From an uncultured Opitutaceae bacterium (GTDB lineage: Bacteria > Verrucomicrobiota > Verrucomicrobiia > Opitutales > Opitutaceae), in NCBI GenBank assembly GCA_937942145.1, contig CALDFV010000007.1, positions 1 through 56,967 on the forward strand: DNA of 56,967 nt, in the 5' to 3' direction. This document shows, piece by piece, positions 49,365 through 56,967 of the stretch. The position numbers and the translations under genes are program-made. The stretch's first letter is position 1. The number at the start of each line of letters is the position of its first letter. The notes beneath the pieces were generated by a model. It did not search any database. It was not told where the DNA came from and saw nothing but the letters and a program-made list of their open reading frames with translations.

Positions 49365-51944
49365 CTATTCTAAGGCGCCAATCACAAGCTCAACCCGTTC
49401 TTCCTCCCGGAAGTACTTTGAAGCAAAATTTGCCAAATCCTGAATTGAGACCGCATCAATTCTTTCATCATAGGACCTCCAGTCATTCGCCGGAAGCCCA
49501 TAGGCCACGTTCAAGGCCGCATGGCTCGCGCAGGAAGAGTTTGTCTGCATACTCATGCGACGTGATGCCTTCAACCGTGTTTTACACCGATCAAGTTCCT
49601 GCAAAGCGATATCGCCATCGCTTACACGCTTCACTTCTTTAACGAGCTCTTCAATGACTCTTGGATAACCTTCGGTTGAGGTTCCGGCATAAAAATAAAA
49701 CATCGCCGTGTCCAAGCCAACGATACGGCTCGAACGCACGAAATAGGCCAAACTCAATTCCTCTCGAATCTTCTCGAACAAGTTGCTCGACATACCGCTA
49801 AAAATTTCGTCCGCCAATTCCGACACATAGAAATCCTTATCGAGCAATCCAGGGCCCAGATAGGCGTGAAAGACAACCGCTTGCTGGCGATCCATAGGCT
49901 CTCGATGCTCTCCCGGGGACGAGGGCTTTTTGAATTCATGATTAGCAACCGGCTTTCCTCCCGAGGGAAGCTTTTCCAGCAAAGCTTCGAGACGCGGTTT
50001 CAAGGTCTCCCTCTCAAATTTCCCCGAAACCGCTATCGTTACATTTCCTGCGGTCAGCAAACTCGATCGCAGTTCCTTGATATCGTCCGCTGCTAGACTT
50101 CCGACTGACTCCAATGAACCCGCTCCCCCGATGGAAAACGGATGGTCGCCAAAGAATCGTTTTCGCAATATTTTTCGCCCGGCGGTAACGATCTCGTCCA
50201 GGTCCTCCTTGATCGCTGCCATATGGGCTGCTTTTTCCAGATTAAACGTCTCGTCTTTGAAAACCGGATGCAGGAGGGCTTGCTCAATCAAGTCCAAGGC
50301 CAAGTCCACATTCGAAGGAAGAAGGTCCAAGGCCAAGCCCAAGCTGTTATTGCCTGAAAACTCATAAAAGCTGCCTCCAACGCTCTCGATTGCTTCAGCG
50401 ACTTCCACCGAGCTTCTCTTTTCCGTATCCTTGCTCAACAAGGTTGCAAGGAGTGAAGTCGCCCCCTGCTTCCTGGGTTGCTCGTACAAGGAACCCGCAT
50501 TCATCACGACTCGAAAATGGGTGTTGGGGAGGCGGTCGTTCTCACGTAGTAGCAGCTTGCTGCCGTTGCTTTGCTTGAACTCGATAAAATCGGTTTCGCC
50601 TTGCTTTTCCTCTCCTGAATTCAGATCCGAAACCTCGGCAGATTTCGGGTTTAAGGTAATTGTGGTCAAACGTTCTTTACGTAACCATTTCTTCAAAACA
50701 CCAATCAAGTCTTCAGGCGTTACTCGCGAAATCTTCCGCAGATAATTTTCCGCATATCCGATATCCCCAATCACGACTTCCGCCGCCCCTAGTTTCGACG
50801 CCTGCCCGCTAACCGTTTTAAGGGCATTAATTTCAGCCACGATTAACTGCCGCACCGCTTTATCTACGCGATCGGTGGAAAAGTCTTCAACCGTTAAGCT
50901 CCCCAAGTAGGAATGAAGCTCATTAATCGCCTCATCCCGTTTGTCTGGATCGCATACCAATGCCAAATAGAAAACGCCCACTGAACCGGGAGTCCAATTG
51001 GAAGCATCAATCGCATGTACCAATTTGAGCTCTTCTCTTAGATGGGTTGAAAGCATAGAGCTATTCCCATGTCCCAATATCATCGAGAGCGCATCGAGAG
51101 CTGGTGTATCCGGATGGGTCAGACCAGGAGTTTGAAATCCGATTCCAGCCCTTGTGATTTGAACATCCTCGTACAGATGACATTCCCTTTCCGCCAGCTG
51201 CATTGGCTCCGAAGGTATGAAAACGCTCGGAAGAGTCTTGCGCGTAACCGAACCGAAGTCCCGTTCAATCCGTTTCTTCATGTCGCTCGTTTCAAAGTCG
51301 CCCGCAACAATCAGAACCGCATTGTTAGGGGAATAGCGACGGTCATAATAAGCAACAAGATCCTCACGGGTAACCTGCGAGAACAATTCTTTATACCCGA
51401 TAATTGGGTACCTGTATGGGTGTTCTTTGAACGACGTTTCGAACAAAGCCCGCGATAGCTTGTGATCGGGATCATCTTCGCCCATATCAATCTCGCGCAG
51501 TATGACTCCCCTCTCTTTTTCCACTTCGTCTTCCGGCAAAGTGGATCGAAACACGGAATCGCTCAATACATCCAGCGCCACATCCACATTCTCTGATGGA
51601 ATATCAATGTAGTACACGGTGCGATCGAAGGTGGTGTAGGCATTGATATAGCCTCCCGCTGACTGTACATTCTCCGAAATCTCCCGTCCTCCCCGTTTTT
51701 CAGTTCCTTTGAAGAGCATGTGCTCCAAATAGTGCGAGAGCCCTGCGCCTATCTTATCATCTTCATGGATACTTCCCGTCTTGACCCAAACTTGAACCGA
51801 GCAAATCGCGTTCGATCTGTCCGGCTTCAAGACTACGGTCAACCCGTTCTCCAAGCCGTAACGCTCCACTGGCTCCTTCAGAATAGGGTCGATTAGGGAC
51901 TGATTCGCTTCCAATGAGCGATGGGGACTTTGACATTCAGACAT
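49365..51944 (-). CDS. M16 family zinc peptidase (pitrilysin-like, single chain)
   Basis: HYLEH inverted zinc motif, INAYTTFDRTVY and a duplicated inactive C-half. Start ATG 51944; TTG 52001 is an alternative. Confidence 0.92.
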   Translation of the reverse strand: MSECQSPHRSLEANQSLIDPILKEPVERYGLENGLTVVLKPDRSNAICSVQVWVKTGSIHEDDKIGAGLSHYLEHMLFKGTEKRGGREISENVQSAGGYINAYTTFDRTVYYIDIPSENVDVALDVLSDSVFRSTLPEDEVEKERGVILREIDMGEDDPDHKLSRALFETSFKEHPYRYPIIGYKELFSQVTREDLVAYYDRRYSPNNAVLIVAGDFETSDMKKRIERDFGSVTRKTLPSVFIPSEPMQLAERECHLYEDVQITRAGIGFQTPGLTHPDTPALDALSMILGHGNSSMLSTHLREELKLVHAIDASNWTPGSVGVFYLALVCDPDKRDEAINELHSYLGSLTVEDFSTDRVDKAVRQLIVAEINALKTVSGQASKLGAAEVVIGDIGYAENYLRKISRVTPEDLIGVLKKWLRKERLTTITLNPKSAEVSDLNSGEEKQGETDFIEFKQSNGSKLLLRENDRLPNTHFRVVMNAGSLYEQPRKQGATSLLATLLSKDTEKRSSVEVAEAIESVGGSFYEFSGNNSLGLALDLLPSNVDLALDLIEQALLHPVFKDETFNLEKAAHMAAIKEDLDEIVTAGRKILRKRFFGDHPFSIGGAGSLESVGSLAADDIKELRSSLLTAGNVTIAVSGKFERETLKPRLEALLEKLPSGGKPVANHEFKKPSSPGEHREPMDRQQAVVFHAYLGPGLLDKDFYVSELADEIFSGMSSNLFEKIREELSLAYFVRSSRIVGLDTAMFYFYAGTSTEGYPRVIEELVKEVKRVSDGDIALQELDRCKTRLKASRRMSMQTNSSCASHAALNVAYGLPANDWRSYDERIDAVSIQDLANFASKYFREEERVELVIGALE

Positions 51945-52020
51945 GGATTCAAGTGAAATTGGAATCTGACTCTGCGAGAACTGCGGAAACGGGAAATTCA
52001 ATAAGCAGGTAGCCGACTCT

Positions 52021-52461
52021 CTAAAGCGATTTAATTACCTTGTACCGAGGCCACTTAAGACGGCGCTTTTCGGGCAGGAACGGTTTTAGAAACGCCTCCT
52101 CAAAATCGTAGATAGAGGCAAAGTCCTCTTTCGAGTCCTCGTCGTTTTTACTGAAAACGCCGTACTCAATGAGGTTGAAAACGATCTCTCCGAAATCTTC
52201 ACACCTCTTCAAGCCCCAGGAGGTCAAAACGGTATAAGCCATCGGCCCATATTGCTCGAGCGCATATTCTCTGACTCCCTCAAGAAGCTCTTGCCCAGTT
52301 ACGTGCCGCTGATTCTTGCTAACCAACTTCCCCTTACGCTTTTTTTCCTTACTCATGGTGAAGTCCAAGGCTTCCTTGAGAAACCCATAGGCTTCCTTAG
52401 TATAACGGTCGTCCTCCTTGACTATCAGGTTCACCATTTCGTTGAAATTCTGCTTCTTCAT
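52021..52461 (-). CDS. Minf_1886 family conserved protein (Planctomycetes/Verrucomicrobia)
   Basis: DDRYTKEAYGFLKEAL, HVTGQELLEGVR..A..QYGPMA and DFGEIVFNLIE motifs. Confidence 0.85.
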   Translation of the reverse strand: MKKQNFNEMVNLIVKEDDRYTKEAYGFLKEALDFTMSKEKKRKGKLVSKNQRHVTGQELLEGVREYALEQYGPMAYTVLTSWGLKRCEDFGEIVFNLIEYGVFSKNDEDSKEDFASIYDFEEAFLKPFLPEKRRLKWPRYKVIKSL

Positions 52462-52763
52462 TCGCTCTCGCTATTTCCCCGCCATAACCAAGGACACCGT
52501 GCTAAGTTAAGTCACTGGTCTCAGCCTGAGCTGTCAATCCCTCAAGTTGTCGACAAACAGGATCCAGAAGAGTGACCAACCGATTGCCCCATCCGATATG
52601 CCTCAAACATAAGCGCGCCCGCTCCCCAAATCCACTCATTTCCCCAATGGTCACCATGGTTTAAATGGGCCAATCTGACAGAAACGCTTTAATCCTCGTC
52701 AATTACCATCAAGATGCAGCACAACCTTAATCTATAATCCGTTCGTACAGCCCAATCAGATCC

Positions 52764-53300
52764 ATGTCAGCAACCGCAACTATAGGCGTCATAAACATAT
52801 CAGATCGAGCATCGCAAGGTGTCTACGAGGATATCCCAGGGAAAGCATGCGTCGATCTTTTGAACGAATGGATTCTCACTTCATTCCAAGTCGAATACGC
52901 TGTTGTACCCGACGAAAAGGATCAAATAGAAGCGACCTTAATCGACTTCTGCGACAACCGGAATTGTAGCCTGGTCGTAACCACAGGGGGTACCGGTCCG
53001 GCAGTACGGGACATCACGCCAGAGGCGACTGAAGCCGTTTGCGAAAAAATGCTCCCTGGTTTCGGCGAGGAAATGCGTCGCGCTTCCCTCCAATTCGTTC
53101 CAACCGCTATCCTGTCTCGCCAAACGGCCGGCATCCGAGGACGCGCCCTCATTGTAAATCTCCCCGGAAAACCCAAAGCGATTCGGGAAAACCTGGAAGC
53201 CGTTTTCCCCGCGATTCCCTACTGCATTGATTTGATTGGAGGATCCTACCTTGAAACAAATCCATCCGTGATGAAGGTATTTCGTCCCAAAAATACCTAA
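52764..53300 (+). CDS. mog: Molybdopterin adenylyltransferase
   Basis: SDRASQGVYED, TTGGTG..RDITPEA, PTAILSRQ and NLPGKP motifs. Confidence 0.95.
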   Translation: MSATATIGVINISDRASQGVYEDIPGKACVDLLNEWILTSFQVEYAVVPDEKDQIEATLIDFCDNRNCSLVVTTGGTGPAVRDITPEATEAVCEKMLPGFGEEMRRASLQFVPTAILSRQTAGIRGRALIVNLPGKPKAIRENLEAVFPAIPYCIDLIGGSYLETNPSVMKVFRPKNT

Positions 53301-53345
53301 ATCTTTCGAGCCCTGGCTTGCTGTAGCCTGACCCACAAGATTGGT

Positions 53346-54269
53346 CTACGAAAGTCCCGACTGGCACCGCGTCAGCAGCTCTTTAAGAACAAAAGGCACC
53401 GCCGGCTTAACCAGTCTCTCGTCGAACAAGTCGTCAAGACAAGACCTTTGCACACCGCTCAATGATATAATTCGCATTTCAGATTGCACTGGCTGGCTAC
53501 GGCAATAACTCGCCAGCTCCCCGCCACTCATTCCTGGTAAAGAAATATCAAATACACCGAAATCGAAAGGGCCAGCCGCATCGATAACTTCAATCGCAGA
53601 TTCCGCATCCCCTGTTTCCTCTACCTCAATCCCCCATTGGACCATGTGCCCCTTTAAGACTTCCCGATACAACTCGTTGTCTTCAACTAAAAGCAATCGC
53701 TTTCCTTTGAGACAATCAGATCCGACCTGCTCATCGGGACTTATCGAGCTCGAAATCGACTTTGCAAACCGCATGACAAAGGCCAAATACATTTCTCCGT
53801 TAGGCCCATGCAACGTGACCATTTCTATGCCCAATTGAGAGCATAGTTCATCCATCATCCGGAATTCCGATCCATCATCTTCCGCGTTTCTGAAAGATCG
53901 CTGCTGATAAAGAGAATCGTCCTCACTCACCGCTGAACGGTTTTCACAAAAACTAAACTGCACCTTCAACGTCTCATCGGTTTCACTGAACCCTTGTACT
54001 GCGACATCGAGTCCGCCTCGCTCCACCCTATCCCAAGTATAGCCGATGACGATCGTAAGAAGCTCTCCCAATTTCTTTTCTCTTCCCAATAGGGACTTGG
54101 AAATCTTCTGATCGTATTCAAATTTCAAGCCTCTCTCATCTCCTCCGGTCACTATTCGGCAAAGCCGGGACTCGACTAGCTCCTTCAAATCGAACCGCTT
54201 CAATGAACCCTGATCGATGCCCAACCCTTGTTTGCCATTTGATTTTTGAATCTCTATTTCCCCTGACAT
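53346..54269 (-). CDS. Response-regulator receiver protein with a degenerate HATPase-like N-domain
   Basis: C-terminal REC domain with VEDN, FDISLPGMSG, SLSG and VKP; N-domain follows HATPase topology without N/G boxes. Confidence 0.75.
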   Translation of the reverse strand: MSGEIEIQKSNGKQGLGIDQGSLKRFDLKELVESRLCRIVTGGDERGLKFEYDQKISKSLLGREKKLGELLTIVIGYTWDRVERGGLDVAVQGFSETDETLKVQFSFCENRSAVSEDDSLYQQRSFRNAEDDGSEFRMMDELCSQLGIEMVTLHGPNGEMYLAFVMRFAKSISSSISPDEQVGSDCLKGKRLLLVEDNELYREVLKGHMVQWGIEVEETGDAESAIEVIDAAGPFDFGVFDISLPGMSGGELASYCRSQPVQSEMRIISLSGVQRSCLDDLFDERLVKPAVPFVLKELLTRCQSGLS

Positions 54270-54425
54270 GAACCCATAATATCAATATCGACACTTGGTT
54301 TCAAGAGAGCAACCACCCCTTCCCCTGTAGGGGTTTTCAGTCCGTAAAGCTGCCTTTAAGCTACAGAAGCCAATCCAAAATGGACTGAACTACTCAGAAA
54401 ATGCGGCTGATTGAGCTAATGGCTG

Positions 54426-56967
54426 TCAACTTCGGTTTCTGAAATTGTTCATCAGCCGAGCGAGGATTTCTGAACACTCTAGCGATGCTTCTTCAGCCGC
54501 CTTTTGCAGCGCTTTGCTATCGATATACAACTCTTCCAGGCCGATAGCCATGGCCGTATTAGAAATGTAATGGGCCTTATCCTTAACGGAGTCGAAGTCG
54601 CTCCTCTCAATGGAATCCGCCATTTCTGCCCCCAGCGACAACACCTCCGCTAAAGCTGTATTAACCATTTCTTCCGAAAAGATTCCCATACCTCGAGACG
54701 CGAAAGCGGTGGAGGACTCCTCTTCCATCGTCTCTTCTGCGACTTCGGATTCGTCATTCTCCACTTCCGTCAACCGTTCCAGCCACGGAATTGCCCGAAT
54801 CCGCTTTTCTAAATCCTCTTCGAAAAACGGTTTTCCCATGAAGTCGTTTATACCCGACTGCATAGCCCGCTCGATCTCTGCTTCCGCCAATGTCGCTGAA
54901 ACCCCGATAATCCAAGGTTGATCGTTCAGTCCTGATTTTCCCCTTACAATCGACGCGGCGGTGGGTCCATCCATACCAGGCATTCTCAAATCCGTAATAA
55001 TTAGATCGTAGGCGGCTCCCACCTCAGACGCTGGCTTTCCATCTTCAACTTGGTCGGGTGAATAGCCTAAAGACTCGAGGTATTGAACGATCAGGCGTCG
55101 AACCATCGGATTGTCATCCGCCACAAGCGTCTTTAACGGGTAACGCTCCCCTAAACGCGATGTTTCCAGAGAAACGGTGTCGTTAAGATTCAGGGAATCC
55201 TCAAACTCAATTCCCAGTTCGTCGATGACCCTAAAATTGAATGATGCGGTAAAAGAAGAACCTTTACCAAAATCACTCGTCACCGAAATCTTACCTCCCA
55301 TCAGTTCCACAATTCTGAATACGATGGCGAGTCCGAGGCCAGCTCCTTCACGAGGCGAAGAACCGACATGCTCGAGCTGCACGAATGGCTGAAATAGGCG
55401 CTCCATATCCTCCTTCCTGATCCCAACACCCGTATCCGAGATGATGAAATCCAAGGCACCTATGCTTTTACTTGATTCTCGATTGCGAATTGTGAGGCGG
55501 ACCGAGCCCTTTTCAGTATATTTGACTGAATTCCCATACAGATTAAGCAGGACCTGCCGCAATCGAACGCCATCCGCCCTGATAACTGCAGGCAAATTTT
55601 CGTCTAGCGACAGCTCAGCAACCAAGCCCTTTTTTTCCGCCATCGGCCGAATCGTTCGGTAGGTTTCGTCGATGAGGCTTTTCAGGTTCACATCGTCTTC
55701 CTTCAAAGCGGAATTCGCCTTACGAAGGTTACTGAAGTCTAGAATATCCTGCACAATTCGCAATAGGATCTTCCCTTCTGACTGGATTGTATCCAAACAC
55801 GCCAGTTGCTTTTCATCCAACCGAGTATTACGTAGAAGATTGCTGTATCCAAGAACGCTTTGAAGGGGGGTTCGTATCTCATGGCTGATGACCGCAAGAA
55901 ATTCACTCTTCGCCCGGTCCGCCGCTTCCGCTCTCTCTTTGGCAAGAGCCAGGTCCGTCTCCGACTCGTTCTCAATTTGGTAGTAGAGGAAGAAAATCAC
56001 CAAAGCGAGGACCAGGCCGGCTATAATGACGGTTTGCAGTCGAGCCAAGGAAATGTTTTTCATCCATTCGCTCGCACTGAAATCAATTCCTAACCAACCG
56101 GCAATCGATCCATCCTCTGTATCCAAAATGGGTGAACTTGCATTTAGGACCAAATTCGGCCCGATTCTAACCGGCCGCACGAGAATCGAATTTCCCTCCT
56201 TGAAATCCCGCATTCCACCCACGACGTCAAAGTAATCCTTAATTACCGTTTTCGAGCTATCCGCCAAATCTCCTGCGACTCTCACTGCCTCGTCTCCAGC
56301 GTTCCAAATATAGACCTGGTCCACTTCCTCGCCAATCGCCCGGATCAAACTCAAGTTCTTTTTAAGATCGGAACTCAACTGCGCTCCCGAACCTAAGGCC
56401 GTTCTCACCAAATCCACTTCTAATGACAATGCCGCCGTCCTGGACCGGGAAAGGAAATCTTGCTCCATACGGTCGCTTTCACGATGTCCGTTCCAGGTAG
56501 TCACGAGGTAGCTAGCCAGAATAATCGTCACGACCGCTCCTGGCAGCACTCGGTATCCCCAAACCCTAAGCTTTTCTTCAGCAGGATCTCCCACATCCTC
56601 AATCCGAGCCTTCAAACGGTAAATCCAGAATCCACCCAGCGCTAGCCACGCGGCAATGATCCTCAGCGAAAGCAAGAGGAAGCCGTAAAATGGAAATTCG
56701 CTGTAGGTTACGAGGGTTTCACTTCGAAGGAAAGCGATGTGGTCAGGATGCAAAATCCATGCCGGTATCAGGAGCAATAGACCTACGAAAACGATACAGA
56801 GCTCATAACGTCTCTGCTCCAATGCGAGCTTTCGTAGACTCAAGGCGAACCAAACGCAGGCCACCGTTGAGACCGCAAACGCTACCAGAAACGAATAGAG
56901 CATCGAGCCGACTTCGATGGCAAATCCCAGTAAACCGCATGAGATTGCAATAATAGAGGGGAACGTC
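54426..56967 (-). CDS. Hybrid sensor histidine kinase (multi-TM, HisKA, HATPase, REC, Hpt-like); 5' end outside the window
   Basis: AKSEFLAVISHEIRTPL, NSVKYT, DTGVG, GLGL, ITDLRMP, GKP and KAHYISNTAMAIG. The frame stays open upstream of 56903 to the window edge. Confidence 0.92.
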   Translation of the reverse strand, partial: TFPSIIAISCGLLGFAIEVGSMLYSFLVAFAVSTVACVWFALSLRKLALEQRRYELCIVFVGLLLLIPAWILHPDHIAFLRSETLVTYSEFPFYGFLLLSLRIIAAWLALGGFWIYRLKARIEDVGDPAEEKLRVWGYRVLPGAVVTIILASYLVTTWNGHRESDRMEQDFLSRSRTAALSLEVDLVRTALGSGAQLSSDLKKNLSLIRAIGEEVDQVYIWNAGDEAVRVAGDLADSSKTVIKDYFDVVGGMRDFKEGNSILVRPVRIGPNLVLNASSPILDTEDGSIAGWLGIDFSASEWMKNISLARLQTVIIAGLVLALVIFFLYYQIENESETDLALAKERAEAADRAKSEFLAVISHEIRTPLQSVLGYSNLLRNTRLDEKQLACLDTIQSEGKILLRIVQDILDFSNLRKANSALKEDDVNLKSLIDETYRTIRPMAEKKGLVAELSLDENLPAVIRADGVRLRQVLLNLYGNSVKYTEKGSVRLTIRNRESSKSIGALDFIISDTGVGIRKEDMERLFQPFVQLEHVGSSPREGAGLGLAIVFRIVELMGGKISVTSDFGKGSSFTASFNFRVIDELGIEFEDSLNLNDTVSLETSRLGERYPLKTLVADDNPMVRRLIVQYLESLGYSPDQVEDGKPASEVGAAYDLIITDLRMPGMDGPTAASIVRGKSGLNDQPWIIGVSATLAEAEIERAMQSGINDFMGKPFFEEDLEKRIRAIPWLERLTEVENDESEVAEETMEEESSTAFASRGMGIFSEEMVNTALAEVLSLGAEMADSIERSDFDSVKDKAHYISNTAMAIGLEELYIDSKALQKAAEEASLECSEILARLMNNFRNRS

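Noticed and set aside
52462-52763. Moco riboswitch upstream of mog
   Set aside because: No recognisable conserved Moco RNA elements or convincing multi-stem fold by eye.

Overview
This is a chromosomal window of mostly housekeeping genes (GC roughly 50-55%) from a Verrucomicrobiota bacterium, probably Opitutales. That assignment is inferred from the Minf_1886-family gene, the paired C-terminal 'NISTR'-type domains on a secreted S8 protease, a DUF1552-type N-terminus and the LexA recognition helix. About 45 CDSs are supported. They include maeA, a UAP-type UDP-GlcNAc pyrophosphorylase, FtsB-like, GspA/GspB-like, ogt, cls, the serA-plsY-hom-lysC-thrC-cimA cluster, hisS, HU/IHF, a zinc-finger-less ClpX-like ATPase, menG/ubiE, ErpA/IscA, rpoN, dsbD, fabV, dtd, uvrA, DUF4139 and DUF2339 proteins, monomeric icd, the S8 protease, xerC, mazG, trpC, rsmA, lexA, an M16 peptidase, mog, and a hybrid kinase next to a pseudo-HATPase-receiver protein. 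I found no rRNA, tRNA, CRISPR array, prophage or intact transposase. The most interesting signals are non-annotated or intergenic: (i) a decayed accessory patch at 27.9-30.0 kb with a Cys-tailed DoxX-like gene, an unannotated addiction-module antitoxin plus truncated ParE-like toxin, attC-like halves and 9-nt-period inverted repeats; (ii) a dispersed GTAG-REP-like family with compensatory base changes and apparent element-in-element nesting; (iii) lexA with a perfect TGTTC-N2-GAACA palindrome over its start codon, two coupled unknown small ORFs, and a divergent orphan-terminated candidate sRNA; (iv) a 118-nt rod-like structure between rpoN and dsbD. No single clearly new multi-gene system is demonstrable from sequence alone. 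All family calls come from motif recognition, not database searches.
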